A stretch of 64,000 bases of DNA, from the NCBI GenBank assembly GCA_951406725.2, contig OX597819.1, forward strand, positions 37,014,001 to 37,078,000, read 5' to 3'. The translations under genes and the position numbers were made by a program. Below the pieces are notes generated by a model. It had not been told where the DNA came from, ran no database searches, and saw nothing but the letters and a program-made list of their open reading frames with translations. This DNA comes from Octopus vulgaris (Eukaryota). Shown here piece by piece: positions 1 to 13,735 of this stretch (its first letter is position 1; each line of letters starts with the position of its first letter).

Positions 1-502
1 GGTACTTATTTAATCGATTCCGAAAGGATGAAAGGCAAAGTCGACCTCGGCGGAATTTGAACTCAATGTAAGGACAGATGAAATACCTATTTCTTTACTA
101 CCCACAAGGGGCTAAACAGAGAGAGAACAAACAAGGACAGACAAAAAGATTAAGTCGATTATATCGACCACATTGCGAAACTGGTATTTATTTAATCGAC
201 CCGAAAGGATGAAAGGCAAAGTCGACCTCGGCGGAATTTGAACTCAGAACATAACAGCAGACGAAATACCTATTTCTTTACTGCCCACAAGAGGCTAAAC
301 ACAGAAGGGACAAACAAGGAGAGACAAACGGATCAAGTCGATTACATCGACCGTAGTGCGTAACTGATACTTAGTTTATCGACCCCGAAATTATGAAATC
401 AAAGTCGACCTCGGCGGAATTTGAACTCAGAACATAACGGCAGACGAAATACCACTAAGCATTTCGTCCGGCGTGCTAACGATTTTGCCAGCTCGCCGCC
501 TT
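1..502 (-). mobile_element. Head-to-tail multimer (at least 3 units) of tRNA-derived SINE family A
   Basis: Minus strand begins GGCGGCGAGCTGGCAAAATCGTTAGC (A-box-like) with GAGTTCAAATTCC B-box. The core GTCGACTTTGCCTTTCATCCTTTCGGGGTCGAT repeats at about 185-bp period. Confidence 0.9.
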
Positions 503-749
503 AATAAAGACTTTTATATTGACGAAACGTGTTTGTTGTCGATTATAGTAGGATAAAATCATAACAATAACAATACATATCATCGTTGTAAAATAAGGCA
601 TTTTGAAACAACATATACGTCAACAAGAAAAAAGCTAGCTGCGGGCACGTTGCTCTATGATGTTGATTCTTCGAACAGAGTGGTGACATTTAGTAGAGAT
701 GAACCGGAAGTTGTTCCTCTTCGATTACTATCGCAAACAGCAATAGCTG

Positions 750-959
750 TCTTAAACCGAATACACGTCGTTGATTGGTTGAAATTACCCAAATACGATA
801 ACTTTAACATGAAATAACCACTAAAGTAGGAAATTTTGTCAAAAACGTTCAGAATAAACCATGTTCTACGTGAGAAATTCTACCAGTATTCAAAGTTTCA
901 AACTGTTTAGTTAGAAAAGAAATTAATTAAAAAATCTGTGATTGAGATGGAATAGATCC
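750..959. mobile_element. Old right arm of the GGATC-TIR MITE/foldback family
   Basis: GATTGGTTGAAATTACC...TTCTACCAGTA...GTTTAGTTA...AGATCC matches the right arm of 36140-36405 and 28150-28342. Confidence 0.6.
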
Positions 960-1407
960 AAGCTGACTAATGTCATTAAAATATATTTCAGACCAGATAA
1001 AACCGAGAACGAATTGTCAAACTGAACTCTAAATACCCTTTGTCATCTGAACATATATTTTCATTCATATCAGCTGCATATTTATTTATTTATTTATTTT
1101 TCTGAATTTTCATAGCTTAAGCATCAAAGATACAAAATTATTAATGTTCTCAAACGTCTTTACCCTTTATCATTGATAAGCGTATGTTTGCTTTTCTCCC
1201 TCCCTTTTCCCATCCACACGTTTTTCTTCAATTAACATATCTCTGTGATGTCTCGTTTTCGAGTCGCAAGTGATAAGCGCGTGCTTCGTAAAAATGCAAA
1301 ACAGAATCGTCATAACCATGATTAGGATGAATTTTATTACCCCAGTCTAGTCAATAAACAATTGACACGAACTAAAAAGAGGTCTGGATTATATCTTTTC
1401 ACTCTCA

Positions 1408-1638
1408 GGCGGCGAGCTGACAGAATCGTTAGCACGCCGGGCGAAATGCGTAGCCGTATTTCGTCTGCCGTTACGTTCTGGGTTCAAATTCCGCCGAGGT
1501 CGACTTTGCCTTTCATCCTTTCGGGGTCGATAATTTAAGTGCCAGTTATGCACTGGGGTCGATGTAATCGACTTAATACCTATGTCTGTCCTTGTTTGTC
1601 CCTTCTGTGTTTAGCCCCTTGTGGGTAGTAAAGAAATA
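1408..1638 (+). mobile_element. Full-length SINE family A with imperfect TSD
   Basis: tRNA-like head, core, tail GTGGGTAGTAAAGAAATA; flanked by TATATCTTTTCACTCTC / TATATTTTTCCACTCTC. Confidence 0.92.
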
Positions 1639-1789
1639 TATATTTTTCCACTCTCTATAAAACCTTCTCTAAACTGTTCTTATGCTACTATAATAACGAT
1701 CGTAAAAATAACTAAGAGTATTATATAAGGGAAAGCTTAAATGCATGCATGTGTGTGTGTGTGTGTGTGTGTATGCATGCATGTATTTA

Positions 1790-1847
1790 TTTCAGGTAGC
1801 TCTTAAAGCTACTGGTAACATGTAACCCAGTACAGCCTGTTTCAATA
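1790..1847 (+). ncRNA. Degenerate class-1 xrRNA-like structure (second copy)
   Basis: UCAGGU...GCUACUGG-UAACAUGUAAC-CCAGUA-CAGCCUG-UUUC; P1 and P3 intact, P2 and pseudoknot eroded. Confidence 0.5.
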
Positions 1848-2120
1848 TTAGGCGGTACGAGACTACACTACATAAGCTTCCTTGGCAAGGATAGTTGTTT
1901 TCGTTGAACATCCTGCAGGACGAATAACAAAATTTGTAAAAGGTAGGATGAAGTCAATAACGTCAACGGCCAGCCATCAGTTGGGAGTGAGAGACAGCTA
2001 GACTTCGTTTATACATTTCAAGGACTACTCTACTGCAATACCTGCGGCTTCATATGCATCCCATGATGTAGACTAAGCTTTCTTTTCGAGCAAAACCATA
2101 TGTTATTTAGAGTGCTAGAT
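1790..2120 (+). mobile_element. Diverged 5' region of the RTE-related retroelement family, including the xrRNA-like head
   Basis: Collinear similarity to 14208-14600 and 53170-53615 (AAGCTTCCTTGG, CATCCTGCAGGA, GTCAACGGCCA, TTGGGAGTGA, ACCTGCGGCT, CTTTTCG). Begins right after a TG/TATG microsatellite. Confidence 0.75.
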
Positions 2121-2129
2121 TGCCCCTAT

Positions 2130-2527
2130 ACTCTTTTACTCTTCTACTTGTTTCAGTCATTTTACTGTGTCCATGCTGGAGCACCGCCTTTAGTCGAGCA
2201 AATCGACCCCCAAGACATATTTGTAAGCGTAGTACCTATTCTATCGGTATCTTTTGCCGAGCCGCTAAGTTACGGGGACGTAAACACACAAGCATCGGTT
2301 GTCAAGCGATATTGGGGGGTCAAACATAGACACACAAACATATACACACACAAGCATATATATATACGACGAGCTTCTTTCAGTTTCCATCTACCTAATC
2401 CACTCACAAGACTTTGGTCGGCCTGATGCTACAGTAGAAGACACTTGCCCAAGGTGGCACGCAGTGGGACTGAACCCGGAATCATATAGTTCGTAAGCAA
2501 GCTACTTACCACACAGACACTCCTGCC
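2130..2527 (-). mobile_element. tRNA-derived SINE family B (internal TG/TA microsatellite)
   Basis: Minus-strand head GGCAGGAGTG..TGTGTGGTAAG...GGTTCAGTCCC, CCTTGGGCAAG motif, tail GAAACAAGTA..AGAG; closely similar copies elsewhere in the window. Confidence 0.9.
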
Positions 2528-5500
2528 TTTCTTTAGTATATAAAAACTCAGATACAGGCATCACTTGACTGTGAGTTGCATACTATGGCTTACCGTAGCT
2601 GATAAAGACAAAACTCACTGAAAATGTGTATACACTGAAACCACGTACAGCAACATGAATATGTTGAGAATCAAAGCAAAGTTTCATGTCTATATTTTTC
2701 AAGGAAAGGGCACCGAAGCAGTCTAAGCAAAGGAAGTCCAGCTCCCAGACTTGTGCATGCTGCTTATGACTGGAAGGTTCTGGTGCATTTAAGGAAAGTG
2801 CTTATAATTCTAAGCCGTTTGGCAATAACTCACCGATGCTCTGACCACAGAGTGGTACATCGGGAAGATAACAGAAACTGAGAACTTGGAAGAAAAGGTT
2901 TAAAATATAAAGGACTTGAAAGGCGTCTTGTGAGGCACGCTAACAGTGGCAAAATTAATATAGATTTAACAGCTTTGTGTGTAATATTAATTCGCTCTTC
3001 CATAAAGCAGTTGCTTCAGTTTCAATACACGGTCTCAGATCAGCTCACTTGGTAGACAAGTACAACTCCGTATACATACGTACATATATGTATGTATGAA
3101 TTCATTAATGCATACATATACATACATATATACACACATACATATATCGTTATCAAGGCAAGTGCTGTCTCTTTCCTATTCGGTCATGCCAAACTTGTCG
3201 CTTTCACCCACATTTCACCAAATGCTAGAGGACAGAATACCTCAACTTGATCATAGCTTCTTCTTCAAGAGGGACTTAAAGAGGTGGAAAAGGGTGTCGT
3301 CGGAGAAGAAAAGACTACCTCACTGATAGAGGAAATTTCTTCATAGGCCAGCCATCGTTTGTTGCCAATGATGTCCATATGAAATGTCACGAGTCGTCGT
3401 ATATTATCAGAATTGAACTGATTTTCTCTCCTGGTTTAGCTTTGTTCGAAATGCGGGTATAATTTAGTCTTTTCATGCTGTTTTGTATCTGAGTCGAGGT
3501 CAAGCCTGATTTCTGGTACCAACAGACAATAACAGTCAGTAGAGTATTGGTTTTGACGATTTAGTTACCTCCATTCTTTTGAAATGGCCAAGCAAGCAGA
3601 GATTTCGTTGCACCAGTATCTCTCCAACACTAGAAAAGCCTGGCTTTCTCTAGAATGAATATTCCTGATCTGTCCTTATGAAGAGCATGGAGTGTGTTAA
3701 GTGAATCATCATGAAAGTTTGCAATTTTTGTACACCTATTTACGGTAAACGAAAATTATTAAAAGAACTACCTGCATTTATTTCTAGAAAGAAGAGGTGG
3801 GAAGATATTTACAACGGACTCGGACGAAAGTTCTATCGTCTCACACATAACAACAGACGCTTAGCTTAATTCCACCTGATAACAATCCTCAGATCCTGAA
3901 AGAATGAGTAGAGAATAGTACCGTCATTCTTCGTACACCTCAGGCAGCACAGAACATCCCCAGGCCATCTGCGGTCTTATTCACTTGTGAGATCTCTAAC
4001 AGTCGAAACACCTCTACGGTCATATGCGCATCATAACATTGCAGACCATGCTATGTAATTGATACTACACAAATGTTGTTAAACAACCTGTTGTTAATCA
4101 TTCACAAAAAATTGAGTTGAAATTTTAATTTCTTTAGACAACTTAATCGTATTGGGTCTATTTCGTAATTATTTTTTCTGGACGAATAGCATGCAAATAT
4201 CTCGCAGCAAATTTAATGTGAAAAATTATTTTTCTACGAAATCAAGAGGATATCGTTTTAAAATATTGGCACACATTTTCTGTCAATGTTTGAGTTACAA
4301 TTTAAATTTAGATTTAAAATTCATATCTCTTAAAAAGTAGTTTTCTATGATATTAATGGCATCATTATGGCAGTTTTGCGTTGACAGTCAATTAATAAGT
4401 TTTTACTGCGTAATACAGCTCAGACATTTTGTTTCCTATTATCTGAATATATTCCATTCAGTCATATTACATATTTAAATAACTTCAATTTGGTGGTAAT
4501 AATATCTTATATTTTTCCTTAAATTTCATACTATTCTGCATCAAAGAACTTATATTTCAGGAATATGTTTTTCCTATTATATTCTATACACTCCTCCCAA
4601 ATCTGAGCAAGATGCAATTTGACAAAATGTCATGTTACATCCAGTTTAGGAATTAAGCATACAAAAAGCATTGGGCTGTACAATGTAATCATTGTTTAAA
4701 AGCAATAAAATTGTTATGCTCATTTTATAGCAATCGACCATAAGAAATTGAAAATTTCCTTCAAACATTTATGTCTTCAAAAAACTAATAAAAAAATTAC
4801 AGAGGATTATTTTATTCCAGATACTTTATCAGAAAAAAAAAACTAAATGGTAATGGTTGAAATGTTGTTTATCATTGGTTTGTTCAATCATGGCTGACCT
4901 GGGTATAAACAACAACCTAAATGTTTTGTAATTCTTGCTCAGAAAGAGGAGTGCCCAAGATCCTTCAGGGTCTCCGACACTGATGGCAAGAAGGAAGGAA
5001 ATTACACTCAAATCAGAGACCAAGTTCGAATGTTTGCAACAATGAAAGTTTGTTAAAGGCATTTGAATCAGATGGTGGTGTTAAACCGGGCCACGTATTA
5101 AGTCTACCCCCAAAAAATTTGAATACAAAAAGTTAGAATGAATAGCAAAAGGCAACTTATCCAATGACCTAACTGTTCCGTTAATGCAGTCTTGGACTAG
5201 TCCTTTATACTATCAATCCCGAAAAGATAGAATGCAAAGTTGGCCTCGGCGTATTTTAAACTGCAAGATACTTATGTTTTAAAAAGCAGATGTGTTAAGC
5301 GTGTCTAAAAGACAACAACAATAACAAGGTGATACACAAGTTGACAAAATTATATTTTAAAACACAATGATTTCAATTCAAATATTAAAGATATTTAAAC
5401 ACAATTATTTTTCATTGGTTTCTTTTCCCCCTATTCTGAAGACTAGCATCACTGAAAATAACTTGCATTTCAGAACACACTATTACAGTGTATTTTTGTT

Positions 5501-8380
5501 TACTGCATCAAGAATGTGTTCACTTGTTGTTCCTTTAAAAATAATTACTTTACATCCTTTTATTTTTTTATTGAATTCTTTAGGCATGATGTTTGTTGTT
5601 GTACATTTGTTATAGAAGTTATGTGGATTTGTTCCAGCATTATGGATATCAGATCTAATAATATATTCCTAGCGGAAATATTATGGCCGTTGGAAGTTTT
5701 GTAGGGGTTACACTTTCATTATTATTTAAAGCAAAAACAGTACAAGAGATTTGTTTAGAATTCTTCGCATCAGTTTCTTATGAAATAAAGCATAATTAAT
5801 ACCAGTGTAAGTTGATCAAATCAATCTCAGTACTTGACTGGTGCTCTATTTTATTGATTTTTCAACTTAGATCCAGAACTAAATACAAGGTATTTTGTCC
5901 GCCGCCCTAAAGATTTTGCCAGCCCACCGTCCTCCTGAGATCGATACAATCAGTACAACAAATAATCTGAGATGTTATCAACTTTATCCATTCTGAGATA
6001 AACATATTTTGTAAAGCTTGAAGCAAATCATGATTTTGTTTTTGATTTATTTTTGTATAAATTTTCAAAACAGAAAGTTGTCGACATTATATATGGCATT
6101 CATAACCAAAGTTTTAATTTATACGCTACGAAACACTTGGCGAGGACACACCGGTTTGTGATGGTAATATATGTGCTGAACTAATCACCAGTCTGCTTAT
6201 ACTACATAAATAACTATTTAATCCAGCAGAAGAAATGAATATTGATACATCGCCAACATGAACGGAGAATGAAAACTGTCCAGTGTTAATGTAATAGCAA
6301 TACATTTCATTCTCACTAAATAAATATAAAAGCTAAGATTAATGGTGTTAAAATAGAAATAAAATTTAATTTCTAAAATTAGCGCTTGGCAGCAAACGTC
6401 ACGATGAGGAAATGGTATAGCTGATTTCATCACCACCATTTGTGAAAGAGGTGAAGTCGATTTCGGTGAGATTTGAACTCTGATCATAAATATCTAATTA
6501 ATTGCTGATGTTCTAACCACCGACAACAAAATGATTCGCTTCTAACATAGACCCAAGACCAGGATTTCGAGGGCGAAGATTGGTCGATCAAATCTGGCCC
6601 CAGCCCCGGAGATATGAAACGCAAAGTCTACCTAAGTGGATTTAAAGTCAAGCTCTATAGCTCCATAACTAAACACTGCGACTTTTGTTCGACTTCATTA
6701 ATAATTCTTCCAATCCAATTATAATATTTTGTAACATAAGCCCAAGGCCAAAAGATGTTTGGGAGAAGAAGTCGATTAAATTACTCCAGTAATTAATTGG
6801 TACTTTATTTTATCGTTCCTAGAAGAACGAAAAGTTAATTCAAATTCAAAATGTAAGGGTCGATAAAATAAACTAGCTACTAAATCTCAGCTCTTGTGTT
6901 TATAATAAGAACAATTTCAATATGGTTAATATCTGAATCGATAAAACTCAGGAAAATGTATCTTATGCAATTCAGTTACCTTCATCTCTTCATTTCTGAA
7001 TTCAAATACAGATTTTTACAGAGGCAAAATTTTGAGAAACGAAACGCTTATATTAAATTCTGTACTTGACTGATATTCAATTTTATCAACCTTAAAATAA
7101 TGAAAATGGAAGTCGACTTGACAGGATTCGAAATCATAAACTCAATTGATCACAACTAAATACCTTAAGGCATTAGTTAGCTCCTTCAGGTTCGGGGTTC
7201 AAATCACGCTGGAAGCATTCCTTGTCTTTCTTCTTTCCAAGATCGATAATGAATGTATCTGTAACATTCTAGAATGGATTTACCTTTAATATTATTACCA
7301 CGTCATCATTTAGAAAATTATTTGCAAACAATAAAATACAGCTTTACTTCTCGTCCGAAATTAGTCTACATCATCAGTCAAAAAAAATTCTAATTAAACA
7401 AATACACCACTGTTAAGATTTCTATTCTTAAGCGTTCTATTCTTGAGTAGTTTTTTTTTTAACAGCTCTATAGCTTAATAATATGTACGTAACACAACCT
7501 TAAAATAGCAGTAAAAGATCCCAACTAACGACTGCAATCTTAAATTTGATTAAATATTTTTGAGGATATATTTTTGAGTTACGTTAATCTTTCATTCAAC
7601 TATATATTTTTAAAGCTGAAGGTGTAACTTGATTTATTTCTCCAAGCAATTTTTGGGGGTAGACTTAATTTTGGGGGCAACGTTAAATGTCTAACATTGT
7701 GTCATTCCATGTGTTAAGTACAGGGAAATTTATAGAATATGCATTTCAATCTGCGTTTCAATTCATTTTCCACACTTAAGTGTATAAATGTTTGTGATTC
7801 TTTATACGTAAAAGAAATGCTTTTTGTACGCATAGAAACAGTAAACATAAACTGCGCATGGCTAAGATTGTCTACAGAATGAAAACCCTTTATATAACCA
7901 CATAAATTACCATAGAAAATTATTTTCCATCTATTTTCTTTTATTCTTATAAATTCGCAAGCGCATGACTCATTATTGAAATTCAATTATAAATATCAAA
8001 TAAGGCATCAATTTATGGTATTTTGCATATACTAAAATTGACATTACAAAGCAAATGAACAGCCTGCTAAAAGTAACTCCCTGCTGAGTTCACACGTCAC
8101 TACCGTAAAAAAATACGAACATCGCTAAAATTTTACAAGAAAATACGAAACGAGTTAATGTTTTGTTCAACGAATATATCACATGATACGGTAAACAAAT
8201 TGTGTTGTTATAGTGTGTGTGCACGCGCTTGTACATATATGTATGCATGTTTATATGTATATATGTGTGGGGGGGTGTTCTAATAAACATATGTGGTCTT
8301 GATTTTGCACAGCAACGCTCACTACATTTCAAAGTCGTACAGAATCATGCCGGCTCAATATTTATTTCAGAACATACATG

Positions 8381-8441
<61 letters not shown>

Positions 8442-8517
8442 ATATCGTATTCTATGTCGTGTGCCCATATACGCTGTCGTGTCGTGTGCCCATATACGCA
8501 CGTGTATATATACATAG

Positions 8518-8612
8518 AGTTAATCCAAACATGAAAACACAAGAACGCGAGGACGTGGAATAAGTATAGTGTTATTGGACGCTCAGGAAAAGGAAGATAG
8601 AAGGATTTAACG
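8518..8612 (-). mobile_element. Terminal fragment of Penelope-like pseudo-LTR family
   Basis: Reverse complement of 18780-18878 (CCTGAGCGTCCAATAA...TTTCATGTTTGGATTAACT), abutting TA-rich repeats. Confidence 0.65.
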
Positions 8613-8921
<309 letters not shown>

Positions 8922-8924
8922 AGT

Positions 8925-9258
8925 GGACGCGCAATGGCCCAGTGGTTAGGGCGGTGGACAAGCGGTCGTAGCATGGTGGTTTCGATTCCCAGACCGGGCG
9001 TTCTGAATGTTCATGGAGCGAAAACACCTAAAGCTCCACGAGGCTCAGACAGGGGGTTGTGGCGAACCCTGCTGTACTCTTTCACATCAACTTTCTCTCA
9101 CTCTTTCGTCCAGTTTCTGTTGTACCTCCACTGTGCGAACTACGTTAAGGGTACACGTGTCTGTGGATTGCTCAACCATTTGCACGTTAATTTCATGAGC
9201 AGGCTGTTCCGTTGATCGCATCAACTGGAACCCTCGTCGTTGTAACCGACGGAGTGCC
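8925..9258 (+). mobile_element. tRNA-derived SINE family C
   Basis: Head TGGCCCAGTGGTTAG (A box) and GGTTTCGATTCCC (B box). The 3' half recurs in reverse at about 51295-51430. Confidence 0.75.
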
Positions 9259-9259
9259 A

Positions 9260-9307
<48 letters not shown>

Positions 9308-10357
9308 AATTCTTTCCGTTAAATCATTCATTTATGTTTATAATTTTGTATGAAGTTCAATAGCGGAACTATCGAACAGTTTAATTCCTTCGGGAACAAA
9401 AACTTTTAAGGGATGTTAATTGTGATATTACCAAAATTTTGGGGGACTAAACTCTGCATATTTGTTTTTATTATAGTTTTGTTTTGTTTGGTGGGGTGGC
9501 ATTCTCGGAATAATTTATGAACAAAATTAACTTTTAACAGTGAATTAAGAAAATAACATTTGGAGAAAAGTTTAGCAATTAAAGTAAGAAGTTTTAATTC
9601 TTTTAATCTAAAATAAATGTTGAAACAATTTGTAACAAAGTTTTTCCAAAACTTCAAATTATTTTCAGTAAAAATTAAATTATTCTTTCTCTGCATGCCT
9701 ATATCAAATATATGTGATACATGTTAAGTTGATGTATTTATTATATATCATTGTTAGCTTGTTTTAAAATGTTTTATTACAGCACGTATATATTAATGTG
9801 TTATAATGGATATACAGTTGTTATATTAAAAGAATTTATGCACTTAGAGTAACTGCTACGTCTTGTGATGCTCAATAACAAATGACGGTAGCTGCAAACA
9901 CTATCAATGGTTTTGGTTAAGGCTGAAAATCTATTTACCTTACGCCTCATTTCATTTCATCACATTTGGGAAAACATTAGCTTTACAAAGTTCCATTCTC
10001 ATTTTCTTAAACTATGGGGGTTTTGTCTTTTAACTAATGACAGCCCCAAATGAAAAATAAGTAAATGATATTTACATTTTGATGTGAGGAAAGCTAACCA
10101 AAAATGGTTGCATACGGAAGTAAACCTAAACTGCTGAAAATATTTGTAAATAAAATTCTATTTTCTCAATACGAACTGCTGGTTCAATTACATTATTAAT
10201 GATGCTGAGCAATGAAATAAATGAAATGCATAGAAATCTTAATCATTGGAACCTAGAGTCGTTCTAATGTATAGAAAGGGTGTAGATGATATCATCGTGG
10301 TTTCGAAATACACTGCGATGGAAGTATGGGTAAAATAGATGAAAAATAGAGCCGGCT

Positions 10358-11097
10358 ATTCCTTTTCTACTCTAGGCACAAGGGCCGAAATTTTGGAGGA
10401 AGGGGACATTCGAGTAAATCGACCTCAGTACGCAACTGGTACTTAATTTATCGACCCCAAAGGCGATCTCGGCGGAATTTGAACTCAGAACGTAAAGACA
10501 GACAAAATACCTATTTCTTTACTGCCCACAAGGGTCTAAACACAGAGAGGACAAACAAGGACAGACAAACGAATTAAGTCGATTATATCGACCCCAGTGC
10601 GTAACTTGTACTTAATTTATCGACCCCGAAGGGATGAAAGGCAAAGTCGACATCGGTGGAATTTGAACTCAGTACGTAGCGGCAGACGAAATACCGCTAA
10701 GCATTTCGCCCGGCGTGCTAACATTTCTGTCAGCTCGCCGCCTTCTCCTTTCTACTAAAGGCACAAGGCCTGAAATTTTGGGGAGGGGATTAGTCGACCT
10801 CATCGAACCCAGTGTTTCACTGGTACTTAATTTATCGATCCCAAAAGAATGAAAGGTAAAGTCGATCTCGGCGAAATTTGAAATCAGAACTTTCACATGG
10901 ACGAAATACCGCTAAGCATTTCGCCCGGCACGCCAACAATTCTACAGTTCACCGCCTTAATTTTAAAATAAATATTCTTTTCTACTCTAGGCACAAGGCC
11001 CAAAATGTTTAGGGAGGGGGGGGCCAGTCGATTAGATCGATCCCAGTACGCAACTGGTTCTTAATTTATCGACCCCGAAAGGATGAAAGGCAAAGTC
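10358..11097 (-). mobile_element. Cluster of four to five SINE family A units
   Basis: Repeated core and heads ending near 10743 and 10957; contains the same internal junction as the 1-502 multimer. Confidence 0.9.
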
Positions 11098-11102
11098 GCT
11101 AG

Positions 11103-12297
11103 AAGCTACTTCATGCGACCCTCAGGCATCAGTCAAGTGACCGGCGGCGTCGGCTGTAGTCGTATTGCCACATTTGTTTTACAGTGCTTCCTTCTGTTCG
11201 CCGATTTTTGCGTTGGCTGAAACGAAGGAACAATGTGTTTCCGTGAAATTCTGTTTTCTGCTGGGGAAATCGTTGGCTGAAACATTTGCCAAGCTTCTGA
11301 CAGCTTACAAGGACGCTGCCATGAGCAAAACAGACGTTTACAAGTGGTTTTCACGCTTTAGGAATGGTCACTTGTCGCTTGAAGACCAGCCTCGTTCAGA
11401 GCAACCGTCGACCTACCGAACGAATGAAAACATCGAGAAAATTCATGAACTGATCTTGGAGGAACGTCGCCGAACAATTGACGAACGTGCTTATATGACT
11501 GGTGTGGTACAGAAGCTACTGCCAACGATTTTTGAGCGAGAAATTGCGAATGAAAAGAGTCGAAGCAAAATTTGTACCTTGTTTGCTCACGGAAGATCAA
11601 AAGCAGTCGCGATTGAATGCGTGTCGTGAACTGAAAGAAAAGTTGGAAGTTGATCCGGTCCATTTTTCCGAAGGTCATCACTAGTGACGAAAGCTGGTGC
11701 TACGACTCCAGCCCAGAAACGAAGCAGCAATCAAGCCAATGGAAGCATTTGATGTCACCACGCCCCCAAAAAGCTCGTCAAGTGAAGTCCAACGTCAAGA
11801 CGAAGCTGATTTGTTTCATCGATGACAAACGAATTGTCTACACATAATCTATTCTTCCTGGTCAAACTGTTAATCAGATATTTTACTTGAGGGTTGTGAA
11901 GCATTTGCGAAACGTGGTGAGACGAAAACGCCACAACCTGTGGAAAAGTGGAGAGTGATGGTTTCACATTACGACAATGTGCCTTTGCACACCGCTTACC
12001 CACCCTTCCTATTCACCCGATCTTTCTCCTTGCGACTTCTTTTTGTTCCTCTGAATGAAAAATGTCCTTAAAGGAAAACGTTTTGTAGATGTGAAAGATG
12101 TGAAGAAAAAAATCGACAGAAGCGTTAAAAGGCATCACTTCGCAAGAGTTCTAGACTGCTTCAAACAGCTGAAAACGCCTCTAGACCGATGAATTGCTTC
12201 AAATGGAGAACAGTTTGAAGGTGATAAAAGTGTAAACATGTACACCCAAGAGAATAAAATAATATTGTAAAATTCCGGTTTCTTTTGCGTATGCATG
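11103..12297 (+). pseudogene. Decayed mariner (DD34D) transposase; left end apparently lost
   Basis: Frames give KFCFLLGKS..ET, WFSRFRNG..LEDQPRS, FVPCLLT, ITSDESWCY, HYDN and a degenerate YSPDLAP..DFFLF region, with frameshifts and stops. Confidence 0.9.
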
Positions 12298-12318
12298 TAT
12301 GTGTATATATATGAGTGA

Positions 12319-12362
<44 letters not shown>

Positions 12363-13685
12363 CATATGATTCTTGTATAACTTAATTATTTACATTACTT
12401 CAAATTTGACAACAATCCATCTGCTAAGAACTTCAGTCGAAAAGTAACCAAATTATAATAGCAGTTTACTCTGCGTAACCTACTGTGTCCTATTTGCTAT
12501 CTGCTATTTCTTTTTCGTATTATGTCGGTTTTAATACAATCTTTACGCTATATATATATATATATATATGTATATGTATATATGCATGTGTATGTGTATG
12601 CGTGCGTGTGTGTGCGTGTGTGTGTGTGTGTGCGTGTGTGCGTTTGTGTGTGGGTATTTTGTATATACATATATACACATAAACAAATATGTATGTGTAT
12701 ATATGATTATTAAATTACTCGACAATTTATCTTTTCCTCGAAGCTTTCTAGATTATATTTCATATTTGTCGCTTCACAAAATTTTATTTTATTTTTCTTC
12801 TTTTGGTATTTAATATGTATTTATTTCATCTTTTTTTTTATCGATTATTGGTTTGTTTATGGGTGTCAGCTATTTTCTTTCAAATGTCACATCATTTATT
12901 TGCTTCTGTGAATTGCTGTTTGCTTGTTTATTCGTCTATTTATTGCAGTTTAAACAATTTCGCGAAATATGTTGCTATAATATAGCAGTATATTTATCAA
13001 CTGATCATCTAAATCCTGTGATATTTCTAGTTATTTACACAATAAAGTCAATTTAATTTCGCTGGGAAATGATCCAATTCAGTCATGGCTAGAAACGAAT
13101 AATGTTTTAGACAGTGTATCACGTCGTTTTTGCTTTCTTTTTGCCGGAAACCAGTTCCGAATCATTGTTTTCTTCATTGTCAGTTTCCGACAAGGCGTCG
13201 TTGGCAAATGGATTTTATGTCTGTCGCAACACATTAGAAACTAAAACAAATTCTAAACAAAATATAAACGTATTTTCTCACTCTTTTCAGTTTCGTTGTG
13301 TCCAACTTCCTGACAATAACATTGAAGAGGCCGAGGAGAGAACTTTTTTGAAAAGTTTTTGATATATCATCATGAATGTAATTATTTTATTGTATACATA
13401 CATACGCATTTGCAAAAGTAAAATAACACACTGTGATCTCGTTGATATTGTCACAGCTACACAATGTCAAGTATAATTATGGGAAGCTCAGGGCTGGAAT
13501 ACGTTTGGTCAATGGTCTACCCAGTCAAGGAACACCATGGATTCATCTCGAACAAAAACAATAAGTCTGCCAGCCAAAGGAGGCGGCCTCTTATTTGGTG
13601 ACTTTGTCTGCCTGAAATAGTGTCTAAATCTTCCTATATAAAAAGACGATCCAAATTCTCTTGATATCACACTCCGACATCGCAT

Positions 13686-13735
<50 letters not shown>

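Noticed and set aside
1-502. CRISPR-like repeat array
   Set aside because: Whole units of about 185 bp repeat with no unique spacers, in a eukaryotic context.
8925-9000. tRNA gene
   Set aside because: A and B boxes are present but there is no clean cloverleaf or terminator, and it continues into a SINE body. The same applies to the family A and B heads.
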